Assembly (NCBI GenBank): GCA_026388215.1
Contig: JAPLKF010000164.1
Coordinates: 1 to 53,848 of the forward strand
Length of the DNA stretch: 53,848 bases
Source of the DNA: Pseudomonadota bacterium
GTDB taxonomy: Bacteria > Desulfobacterota > Syntrophorhabdia > Syntrophorhabdales > Syntrophorhabdaceae
Reading direction: 5' to 3'
Below, piece after piece: positions 18,097 to 26,500 of the stretch (positions are counted from its first letter, which is position 1; the number at the start of each line of letters is the position of its first letter). Position numbers and translations under genes: made by a program. A model generated the notes under the pieces. It saw only the letters and a program-made list of their open reading frames with translations, had not been told where the DNA came from and made no database searches.

Positions 18097-18152
18097 GGTT
18101 CAAGGAGCCAAGGGGTCAAGGGTTCAAGTGGTCAAGGAGTCAAGGGGTCGGA
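18097..18152. repeat. Tandem octamer array, ~7 units of NGGTCAAG (minus strand CTTGACCN)
   Basis: GGTTCAAG GAGCCAAG GGGTCAAG GGTTCAAG TGGTCAAG GAGTCAAG GGGTCGGA, read directly. It lies 61-116 nt upstream of the selB start. Confidence 0.6.
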
Positions 18153-18370
18153 GTAGGGGACGTTCGTGAAATGTTGTTTGACAGATTGTGAAATATGTAG
18201 ATATATTAACACATTAGCATAAAATATAATGTTATCTGAAATAGGGAATCCTAAGTGCATAACGAGTGATGATATTGAGATTGCCAGACATTTTTATGAA
18301 GGACATTGCTGTTAATGAACCGTCTTAAGATTCAAGGCAAGTTAAGAGTACTGAAAGAGGGAGGAGCGCT

Positions 18371-19783
18371 ATGATGAAAAGAAGTGCGACAATGGTCAGG
18401 AAAATTATTCTTTCTCTCTTTTTCTTTCTTCTCGCCATAAATGGTGGGGTTTTGGCGAAAGGTATGGCGGAAGAAAGCGGCCTGGGTCCACAGTCGACAC
18501 AGGCCATCGGCGAAAAGAGCGTCCTGATGGTTGTTGTCCGGTTTCCTGATGCAACACCGATAACACCAATCGAGGTGGTAAAGAGAAGAGTTGTGGCAGG
18601 ACTCGGCTCGTATGTGGACGAGCAGTCGTATGGGCTCGCCTCTATAAAGGCCGATTTCAGGGGATATGTTATGCTTCCCGATTCACTTGCTGACTACAAG
18701 ATAAGCCCATATAATTTTCGTGTGGACAAAGCAAGAATACGCAAGCTTATTGAAGACACCATGACAGCCATCGAGAAGGAGATTGATTTTTCCGTTTACG
18801 ACCACATATTGATAATACCGGCGGTGCATACCATGCCAGGCAAGGGATACGGAATGATCTGCTACTGTGCCAATCCCGGTATGCTTTCAGGTGTTACAAA
18901 GAGATATGTTCCCCGGTATGAAACCCTGAAAACAGCAGGCGGTAAAGAGTTTAGGGGCGGGATTTTTGTAGGAACAGAGAATGCAAACCTCGGTATGTTT
19001 GCCCATGACTACTTCCATGCCCTCGGTGGAATACATGACGGCAAGCGACTCGCGCCCTGACTATACGATTATGAGCGTCAGTCTGACGCTTCTGCCGGGC
19101 TTCCCTCCTTCGAGCATCATGCAACCTATATGGGCCCCTGGGACATCATGTCACAGCACTTTGTAAGACAGGGGGAACCGCCTCCGGGTCTTTCGTCTTT
19201 CACGAAGATACGCCTCGGCTGGATTAAGGCACATCAGGTCCGAACTGCGAAACCGGGTGAGACCTCATACGCCTTCCTTTCGCCTTTATCGAAGGGAGGT
19301 GAACTCCTTGTCGTCAAGATACCGTTAGATGATGGGACGTACTATCTCGTGGAAAACAGGCAACCTATCGGATTCGATAAGATGCTTCCAGATTCGGGAA
19401 TCCTCATTCTGAAAGTTTATCCTCAGGCCGCTGAAGGGTATGGCACAGTGGAGGTTAAGAGTGCCAGCGGCTCACGCAATTTTGCCAATGCAACATACAA
19501 GCTAAAAGTGAATAACCGGAACATCTTTATTGACAAAAGGCACAACATCGCCATAATGCCCCTCTGGAAGGAGAAAGACAATCTTGGCGTGCTGATCACA
19601 AGGCCAGACTATAGCGAAGGGGCGCTCAATGCTGCACGGGCAATACAAACGCTAATGAATCAAAACGCAGCGACATCTGATAGCGAGAAGGAGGCTACGA
19701 TTCATGAGGCTATTATGGCCTTCAAGAGTAAAGACTTTGAAAAGAGCTACGCCATTGCGAAAAGGAGACTCGAAGGCCGGTAG
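18371..19783 (+). CDS. Secreted metzincin/M6-like peptidase-domain protein with in-frame UGA (candidate selenocysteine) at 19058-19060
   Basis: Track ORFs 18371..19060 and 19130..19783 share a frame, and the only intervening stop is TGA. The N-terminus is a signal peptide, followed by HDYFHALGGIH (HxxxHxxGxxH) and then ...AP-[UGA]-LYDYE...GPWDIMSQ. It could alternatively be a pseudogene. Confidence 0.5.
19073..19091 (+). promoter_or_regulatory. SECIS-like hairpin 12 nt downstream of the UGA
   Basis: GAGCGUCA-GUC-UGACGCUU: 7 Watson-Crick pairs plus a G-U, with loop G and U at +24/+25 counted from the U of UGA. Confidence 0.45.
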
Positions 19784-20025
19784 ATGTCGCTTGTCATCAT
19801 ATTTATTTGTGAATCTCCAGAGAGAAAACTAAAAAACAGAGATAAGGTACGTGAGAGAGGGGAATGTGGTTAACACACAATTTTCGGATTGCACTGAAGA
19901 ACCATATAAAAATAATTGCTTTACAATTTCATAAATGTTTTTTATTTATATAGAAGCTTTAAGAGGGAGGGGAGTCATGCGGAATGGGGAAGACAGGAAG
20001 GACCTTTAAAAGGAGGAATTGGGGC

Positions 20026-20124
20026 ATGAAAAAGGTTGTATTGCTGTCCATAATGTTTTTTGCATTTTTTTTACTGGATAGTTATTCCTTAATTCTTCAT
20101 TATATTCATTGCAGGCATACATGA
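20026..20124 (+). CDS. 32-aa hydrophobic micro-ORF, translationally coupled to the next gene
   Basis: AAAAGGAGG RBS, then ATG 20026, giving MKKVVLLSIMFFAFFLLDSYSLILHYIHCRHT*. Its TGA overlaps ATG 20121 (ATGA). It falls below the ORF-track length cutoff. Confidence 0.3.
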   Translation: MKKVVLLSIMFFAFFLLDSYSLILHYIHCRHT

Positions 20125-21167
20125 ATATCCATGATTTTGCTGAAAGTAAGGGGCTGTCATTAAGACGGGTAATGGACTTTACTACAGGTTCTAACCCCTT
20201 GGGTCCGTCAAATAAAGCAAAACATGCAATAAGAAAGTGCATTAAAAATCTTGACCACTACCCTGACGAAAAGACAAGGTATTTGAGAAGGTATATATGC
20301 AAGAAAGAATCCATAGGAGATGAATATATAGTTTTTGGTCATGGTTCAACCCATCTCATAGGTGCCATACTCCAGGTGGTCAAACCAAAGGTGGCATGCA
20401 TCACTTCCCCTTTTTCTTATAAAACTGAAGATATCCTCAACAGGTATGATGTAAGGATAAAACCCTTTCCCCTAAATAAAGAGAGTGGTTTTTCCCTTGA
20501 TATAGAGAAGTTTCTTCAGAGCATTGAAGGGGCTGATATTGTTATAATTTCAAATCCTCACAATATCACAGGGACAGTAATCCCTGTGGAAGATATTGAC
20601 TATCTTATAGAAGCGATGGACAGAATCAATAAAATATTTATTATCGATGAGACGTATAGAGAATTTACTAAACTTGTGTCTCCAGTGAGACATGTTGTCC
20701 GGGCCAGTAATACTCTTATTGTGAGAACATTTTCGACATTCCATGCATTAGCAGGACTACATATAGGTTATATGATAGGTTCGACCAAACTTATTCAAAA
20801 AATCAGAAACGTTCTTGGCCTCCCGCAAATAAACTCCATAGCGCCTTATGCTGCTCTGGCCTCGCTGAAAGACACAGGTTATAAAAAGAGAACCCTGAAA
20901 TTCATTGAACAGGAAAAGGGGTACATCCTAAAAAAACTATCGGATATTCAGGGATTGAAAGTATTTGATACACCGTGTAATTTTTTATTACTGGAGATAG
21001 AAAGAAAGGAAAACCCGAACTTTAAAGACTTATTTCTAAAACACAATATTTTGATTGATGAATACACAGGTGAAAGGGATGAGCACTTTATAAGACTACC
21101 AATTAAGAGGCACAAATTTAACGCCTCTTTCATAAAGACATTAAAGAAGATTATGGAGGCATTGTGA
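20121..21167 (+). CDS. Class I/II aminotransferase-fold protein (HisC/CobD-like) lacking the PLP-binding lysine
   Basis: ...ISNPHNITG..., ...IIDETY... and ...RTFSTFHALAGLHIGY... align to the HisC-type motifs NPxNPTG, DEAY and RTFSKxxxLAGLRxGY, but Thr (ACA, 20736-20738) replaces the Schiff-base Lys. Confidence 0.65.
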   Translation: MNIHDFAESKGLSLRRVMDFTTGSNPLGPSNKAKHAIRKCIKNLDHYPDEKTRYLRRYICKKESIGDEYIVFGHGSTHLIGAILQVVKPKVACITSPFSYKTEDILNRYDVRIKPFPLNKESGFSLDIEKFLQSIEGADIVIISNPHNITGTVIPVEDIDYLIEAMDRINKIFIIDETYREFTKLVSPVRHVVRASNTLIVRTFSTFHALAGLHIGYMIGSTKLIQKIRNVLGLPQINSIAPYAALASLKDTGYKKRTLKFIEQEKGYILKKLSDIQGLKVFDTPCNFLLLEIERKENPNFKDLFLKHNILIDEYTGERDEHFIRLPIKRHKFNASFIKTLKKIMEAL

Positions 21168-21178
21168 ACAGATTGAAA

Positions 21179-22720
21179 ATGAAGAAGCTCCAGCGGTTCC
21201 TGTTTTGCTTTCTGTTGTTGTTTTGTTTTTTTGTTTCAACTGTATACAGTCAAGAGCAGGAGATAAGAATTCTCCATCTTAACGATTTCCACGGTTTAGC
21301 AGCAGCCTATAAGGCCTTTGGTTCGGATGAAATGGTTGGAGGCATTTCTTACCTTGCATGGCTGGCAGACAGACTTAGAAATGAAAAACCAACCCTTTTT
21401 CTTGCAGCTGGTGACATGATTCAGGGTAATAACTGGGCAAACCTTTTTAAGGGAAAGTCAGTTATTGAGCTAATGAATGAGATGGGATTTGATACCATGG
21501 TTGTGGGTAACCACGAATTTGATTTTGGGCAGAATGTTCTTAAGGAAAGAATTTCAGAAGCAAAGTTTCCATTCCTTGGGGCGAACGTCGAGGGGTTAGA
21601 TAAGCTTAACCCTTACATAATAAAAGAACTGGAAGGAGTCAGGATAGCCATAATCGGAATTGTGACAGAGGATACACCGATATTAACACATCCTGATAAC
21701 GTAAGAGGTTTGAAGTTTTTATCTCCTGTTGAAACGGTAGAAAAATATACAAAGGAACTGAGAGACAGGGTCGATATTATTATCGTCCTTTCCCACATTG
21801 GTTTTGATGCAGACATGATGCTTGCGAATAAGGTGAAGGGCATAGATGTAATTGTTGGTGGTCATTCCCATACAAAAACAGGAAGGCATATGCTAATCGG
21901 GAAAACCATTATAGTGCAGGCATGGGAGCATGGAATGGTACTCGGGGTCCTAGATCTCAAGGTAAAGGATGGAAAGATAATAGAAGCAGATAGTCATCTT
22001 GAGGAAATAAAACCGAAGCTCCTTAAAAAGAGTGACGCTGTTTCATCTATCGTCGAGAAATATACAGGAGAAATGAATACTATTATGGGTAAGACCGTTT
22101 GCGAAACGGAAAATGAGTTTGATGGAGAAAATGTCAGGGAAAGAGAAACAAATCTTGGCAACCTCATAGCCGACATCATGAGGCAGACATCGGGGGCTGA
22201 ACTGGCGATTATCAATGGAGGTGCAATAAGAGCAAGCATCGGAAAAGGGCAAGTAAAGGTCAATGATATTTATTCTGCTTTGCCTTTCGATAATTATATA
22301 GTTGCAATGAAACTCACAGGAAAACAGATTAAAGATACGCTGGAGCATGGTGTGTCAGCACTGGAGGAAAGGGCAGGCAGATTTCCTCAGGTCTCAGGTG
22401 TTGCATTCAGTTACAGCCGATCTGCTGAAAAGGGTTCAAGGGTCAAGGATATTTTTATTGATGGCAAACCAATAGAGCCCGATAGGGATTATGTTGTAGC
22501 CACCAGTGACTTCTTAGCAGCGGGTGGTGACGGTTACAGGGCTTTTGGAGAAGCCATAAGGGTGTCGAATGATTTTTCAGTAATCGGAGGGACAATAAAA
22601 AGCAATAATCTCGTATACACTGATCCAGGAAAATGGTTGAGGGATGTAGTTGTTGAATATTTAAAAGCTAAAAATAAGATTTTATCGATTGTTGAAGGCA
22701 GAATTAAGGAAATAGATTAA
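21179..22720 (+). CDS. Secreted bifunctional metallophosphatase / 5'-nucleotidase (UshA-like)
   Basis: Signal peptide MKKLQRFLFCFLLLFCFFVSTVYS. Motifs ILHLNDFHG, GDMIQGN and GNHEFD, plus a C-terminal 5'-nucleotidase domain (...DFLAAGGDGY...). Confidence 0.8.
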   Translation: MKKLQRFLFCFLLLFCFFVSTVYSQEQEIRILHLNDFHGLAAAYKAFGSDEMVGGISYLAWLADRLRNEKPTLFLAAGDMIQGNNWANLFKGKSVIELMNEMGFDTMVVGNHEFDFGQNVLKERISEAKFPFLGANVEGLDKLNPYIIKELEGVRIAIIGIVTEDTPILTHPDNVRGLKFLSPVETVEKYTKELRDRVDIIIVLSHIGFDADMMLANKVKGIDVIVGGHSHTKTGRHMLIGKTIIVQAWEHGMVLGVLDLKVKDGKIIEADSHLEEIKPKLLKKSDAVSSIVEKYTGEMNTIMGKTVCETENEFDGENVRERETNLGNLIADIMRQTSGAELAIINGGAIRASIGKGQVKVNDIYSALPFDNYIVAMKLTGKQIKDTLEHGVSALEERAGRFPQVSGVAFSYSRSAEKGSRVKDIFIDGKPIEPDRDYVVATSDFLAAGGDGYRAFGEAIRVSNDFSVIGGTIKSNNLVYTDPGKWLRDVVVEYLKAKNKILSIVEGRIKEID

Positions 22721-22721
22721 A

Positions 22722-22904
22722 ATGATATTGTATGTGAACGATATACAGATAAATGTTCTTCAAGGGATGACGATTATGCATGCCCTCATCCATACAGGGC
22801 TTTTAGAACAGGTAGTATCTGGAAGGAAGGTATATGATGAATGGGGTAACGAGGTTGGATTGGATGGCGCATTATCAGAAGGCATAAAAATTTATGTGAG
22901 GTAA
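22722..22904 (+). CDS. Small hypothetical protein (60 aa)
   Basis: ORF track. ATG lies 1 nt after the nucleotidase stop, so it is probably co-translated. No family recognised. Confidence 0.4.
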   Translation: MILYVNDIQINVLQGMTIMHALIHTGLLEQVVSGRKVYDEWGNEVGLDGALSEGIKIYVR

Positions 22905-22980
22905 TATTTGATGATAGATAAATTTCTACTCTCTTTCATACGCAAGGGCTTGCATGGGTTTTCAAGCCAGTGAATAGTGT

Positions 22981-24102
22981 TTATATCCTGTGAATAGGGA
23001 AGATATTTTCCTTTATAAATTGCACTACCTTTTGTGCCTGGGCAAAACACAACTCCTTATCAATCCCGTTTAAAATAAACAATGGATCATCAAGGCGGTC
23101 TGCTTCCGGCCCGTACATCATTCCACCTATTGTGCCAGCATGCTGGTCTTCAGGCTCAAGGCCGTTAAATGTAGCCCATGCAAGTGTCCAGAGTGCTGCT
23201 GTTTTGTATATATTATATCCGCCAGCACCCATTGCCAATATCTTCGGAGAGATTTTGTTGATTATCCTGATAATGCTTTTGTAGCCATTACTGGTGAGGT
23301 TGAGGTGTGCGAGGGGGTCATCTTTGTGGGTATCGCATCCAATTTCTGCAAAAACTATATCGGGTTTGAAGCATTCTACGAGAGGTGGTACAATTGATTC
23401 AAAGGCGAATAGATATATCTCGTCATCTGTTCCTTCACGGAGTGGGACGTTTACGTTGTAGCCTTTGCCTTCCTGAATACCCATTTCATTCTCGAAACCA
23501 GAACCTGGATAGAGTGTTTCTCCTGATTCGTGGAGTGATATTGTCAGGACCAGGTTGCTGTCGTAAAAGGCGTTCTGAACGCCATTCCCATGGTGGGCAT
23601 CTATATCAATGTAAGCAATTCTCTGCCCTTTTTTTATAAGGTCTGTAATCGTAACTGCAATATCGTTGATGTAGCAAAATCCCTCTGCGTGACCGCTCCC
23701 TGCATGGTGGAATCCTCCAATAGGGTTGAATACAAACCTTGCTTCGTTATTAAAAAGCATCATAGCTCCGTTGTAAGTTCCTCCCGTTGCAAGAAGAGAA
23801 AGTTGATACATGGACTTGAATAAAGGGTTATCGCCTGTTCCAAGCCCTGCATGGAGCATTTCGATGGTGAATTCACCTTTCTCGCCTTTCTTAAGGAGAT
23901 CGATGTAGTTTTTGTCATGGAATAGATATAAGATTTCTTCTTGTAGGGGGTTCGGTTCTGTTATCTTTTGATTTTTCTTGTAGATTAAAGAATACCTGTT
24001 TAGAAGTTCGAGAAGTATCTTTGCCCTCACAGGTTTTAAGGGATGGGAAGGGTTATATTCAGAATTTGTAAGTTCGTCTGAATGCATTAATACATTTAAC
24101 AT
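22981..24102 (-). CDS. Histone deacetylase-family deacetylase (AcuC/acetylpolyamine amidohydrolase-like)
   Basis: ...GGFHHAGSGHAEGFCYIND... and ...DIDAHHGNGVQ... are classic HDAC class I/II motifs. Confidence 0.8.
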   Translation of the reverse strand: MLNVLMHSDELTNSEYNPSHPLKPVRAKILLELLNRYSLIYKKNQKITEPNPLQEEILYLFHDKNYIDLLKKGEKGEFTIEMLHAGLGTGDNPLFKSMYQLSLLATGGTYNGAMMLFNNEARFVFNPIGGFHHAGSGHAEGFCYINDIAVTITDLIKKGQRIAYIDIDAHHGNGVQNAFYDSNLVLTISLHESGETLYPGSGFENEMGIQEGKGYNVNVPLREGTDDEIYLFAFESIVPPLVECFKPDIVFAEIGCDTHKDDPLAHLNLTSNGYKSIIRIINKISPKILAMGAGGYNIYKTAALWTLAWATFNGLEPEDQHAGTIGGMMYGPEADRLDDPLFILNGIDKELCFAQAQKVVQFIKENIFPIHRI

Positions 24103-24261
24103 AGCGTCCCTGTGTTTCCATTATAGCACAATGGTAAATTTTATTTTATATGACGTCAGACTCACAATATTTAGGTCTATTTCTCAAATATATGTCTGTA
24201 CCTTTTTTTAATACCATATTTGTTCTAAAAGATAATCTATTTTATAGAGGCATGATTTTAA

Positions 24262-24333
24262 CTAACGTGTGAGGCATAGACGAAGCCCCACGTTCCGCGG
24301 GATTCATGGATCCTCCGTTTGTGTCAGCGTTAG
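24262..24333. repeat. attC/REP-like imperfect palindrome, copy A (AACTAAC ... GTTAGTT)
   Basis: CTAACGTGTGAGGCATAGACGAAGCCCCACGTTCCGCGGGATTCATGGATCCTCCGTTTGTGTCAGCGTTAG. The ends are a 7-bp inverted repeat. It is homologous to copy B on the other side of hicBA. Confidence 0.5.
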
Positions 24334-24361
24334 TTGGGGTTGCGGGTAATACACAACGAGT

Positions 24362-24562
24362 TCATTGCTTATTTTCAACTGCCTTAAGTACTTGTTTAAC
24401 TATTTTGGGATGCAAAATTTTACCGGTATGAAATGGAACAACTATCCTCTTGTCCTCTTTCAGGTATATCCTGTGGCTCCCTTTGCTTCTAATCAGTTCA
24501 AAGCCAGCCTTCAATAACATAGTTTCTGCTTCCGGTGGTGTAAGTCGTGGTAGTTTAGGCAA
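24362..24562 (-). CDS. hicA: Type II toxin HicA (mRNA interferase)
   Basis: 66 aa. ...LLKAGFELIRSKGSHRIYLKEDKRIVVPFHTGKILHPKIVKQVLK... fits the HicA/YcfA pattern, and it overlaps hicB by 8 nt. Confidence 0.8.
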   Translation of the reverse strand: MPKLPRLTPPEAETMLLKAGFELIRSKGSHRIYLKEDKRIVVPFHTGKILHPKIVKQVLKAVENKQ

Positions 24563-24779
24563 CTTGCACCTGTAATGTCGTTGTTAAAATTTCCTTGCTC
24601 AGACATTCCTTTATCTCGTCCTCTGATAACGTTTCCAAGTAGAGTTCAATAGCCTCCTTAATGTTTGCAATAGCCTCTTCCAGTGAATCCCCCTGTGATT
24701 GACATCCTTCAAGTTCGGGGGCATAGGTATAATAACCATACTCATCTTTTTCAATAACAATACTTACTTTATATGACAT
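24555..24779 (-). CDS. hicB: Type II antitoxin HicB
   Basis: 74 aa. MSYKVSIVIEKDEYGYYTYAPELEGCQSQGDSLEEAIANIKEAIELYLE is a typical HicB N-terminal domain. Confidence 0.8.
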   Translation of the reverse strand: MSYKVSIVIEKDEYGYYTYAPELEGCQSQGDSLEEAIANIKEAIELYLETLSEDEIKECLSKEILTTTLQVQVA

Positions 24780-24884
24780 TTTGCACCCTCCTTCTTATTG
24801 CCATAATAATAACAGATTTAACAGTCTGAAACAAATAAGTATTTGATTCTCCAAAAGTTTTTGTTACATGCCTGCATTAAGCGG

Positions 24885-24963
24885 CTAACGTGTACAGCAC
24901 AGACGAATCCCCTTGTTCCGCGTGACTGGACGGGGTTTTTGTGTTCTCCATTTGTGCCGTTGA
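24885..24963. repeat. attC/REP-like imperfect palindrome, copy B
   Basis: CTAACGTGTACAGCACAGACGAATCCCCTTGTTCCGCGTGACTGGACGGGGTTTTTGTGTTCTCCATTTGTGCCGTTGA. It shares with copy A the blocks CTAACGTGT, AGACGAA, CCCC..GTTCCGCG and TCTCC.TTTGTG.C.GTT. Confidence 0.5.
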
Positions 24964-25047
24964 TACCTATCGTTTCGTGCAAAATGTTATATTTCAAAGC
25001 CTGAACTTCCCATTTAAAAAATCAAGTTAAAAATAGAGAATATTTTT

Positions 25048-26253
25048 TCAGGCAGCCTTCTTTTTAACCTCCTTGTAAATATAGTTACGATCCTCTGTTA
25101 ACATCTTAAATATCACTTTTATCAACTGTCTGGCAAGGCACCGCAGGGCATGGTTATGATCTTTTCCTTCAGCCCTCTTTTTTTCATAATAGGCTTTGGA
25201 TTCCTGCACATATCGTATCGTGCAGCCGGCAATTTCAATCATAGTTGCCTTACATATTTTATTTGCCTTGTATACAGCTTTTGTCTTTTTCTTTTTACCT
25301 GAGTCGTTATCAATGCAGGCTACTCCACAGTACACCGCAAGCTGGCTTTCCCTGTTGAATCTTCTGATATCCCCTATCTCTCCTGCCAGTCTGCTTGAGA
25401 GTTTTGTCCCTACTCCCATAATGCTTTTTAATTGCATCACCTCTGCACTCTTTTCTCCTGTCTCTTCCAGCTCCCTGTCTAACATCTCAATCTCTTCTTT
25501 GAGATCCAATATACGTCGACAACATGATGATATAATCGCTTTGTAAATGTCTGTCAACTCCTCGACATACTGTATATTCCGAAGCCCTTCCAAGATTGAG
25601 ATGGCTGTTTTCTTCCCTATTGTTTCTATTTTCAGTAGCGCGCCCATGGTGATCTTTTTATATCTGCTGAAATCAGGGTATTTCTTCAGAAGCTGTAACA
25701 GCTTTTTGCTGTCTGTATCTCCGTACTCCAATATGTCGGGACATACCTCAAGCAGCCTTTTCCTCAGCCGGTTCTGTATCCTGACTTTCTCATCTATCAG
25801 GCTCTGTTGATGCCTTGAGAGTATCCTGAGCTTTTCATGGACTGCCGGCGTTTTCTCCACTGTTATGAACGCCTTTTCTTCTTCAGTATCCACATGGTCT
25901 TTCAATTTCAACATCTTTGCAAGCATCTTTGCGTCTCTCCGGTCGTTGCGCCATTCTGCTCCGAATACATCACGAAACCGTCTTAATTTCAAATTGTCCA
26001 CATTGTACAGTTTAAATCCGTTCTCCATGAGTATCCGGTCAAAGGGCGCACCATACCCGTTCTTCCCTTCTATCGCAAAGATTATTTCCCCTTGATGCTG
26101 TTCCTCGATTCCCTTGAATTCCCCGATCGCTTCGCGAAATTCACTAAACCTGTGCGCTACCTTCCGATCATATAATATCTTCCCGGTATCATCCATAATT
26201 ATGACGTGATGGTTTTCGCTCCCTATGTCGATTCCTCCAGACAACCTCTTCAT
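25048..26253 (-). CDS. IS110-family (DEDD) transposase/recombinase
   Basis: N-terminal GGIDIGS...AIEG...VDN...NDRRDA (DEDD pattern) and C-terminal ...LKSIMGVGTKLSSRLAGEIGDIRRFNRESQLAVYCGVACIDNDSGKKK... (the Transposase_20 pattern). Confidence 0.85.
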   Translation of the reverse strand: MKRLSGGIDIGSENHHVIIMDDTGKILYDRKVAHRFSEFREAIGEFKGIEEQHQGEIIFAIEGKNGYGAPFDRILMENGFKLYNVDNLKLRRFRDVFGAEWRNDRRDAKMLAKMLKLKDHVDTEEEKAFITVEKTPAVHEKLRILSRHQQSLIDEKVRIQNRLRKRLLEVCPDILEYGDTDSKKLLQLLKKYPDFSRYKKITMGALLKIETIGKKTAISILEGLRNIQYVEELTDIYKAIISSCCRRILDLKEEIEMLDRELEETGEKSAEVMQLKSIMGVGTKLSSRLAGEIGDIRRFNRESQLAVYCGVACIDNDSGKKKKTKAVYKANKICKATMIEIAGCTIRYVQESKAYYEKKRAEGKDHNHALRCLARQLIKVIFKMLTEDRNYIYKEVKKKAA

Positions 26254-26500
26254 CCTCTTATCCTCCTTTGTGTGTTTGATAGTCTATGGCTCTGCCAATA
26301 CCGTTTGTCCCGTCTATAATAGCCACTTAACGGCATCTTCCCATTGGACAGGGTACTGGCCGGGAGCATCCGGCAGTTCAGGTCGAGTCACTTTGACGGA
26401 CCCCATTAGCCACAGATACTCCCGCTGCCACTCTGCTTATCTTATTACATAAAGAAGGCTCTTTGTCTTATTCCCTATTCTTCTCTTTTTCTATTATAGA
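26254..26500 (-). ncRNA. Candidate IS110 bridge (seeker) RNA region in the left-end non-coding segment
   Basis: By analogy only. IS110-subgroup elements encode a structured guide RNA in the non-coding end upstream of the recombinase. This segment has several local stems (e.g. CCGG...CCGG around 26350-26380) and no ORF. Confidence 0.3.

Noticed and set aside
18076-18370. A tRNA-Sec (selC) or another tRNA near selB, and CRISPR-like periodicity of the octamer array.
   Set aside because: No cloverleaf-compatible sequence was recognised. The 8-nt units have no spacers, so this is a microsatellite-like array and not a CRISPR array.
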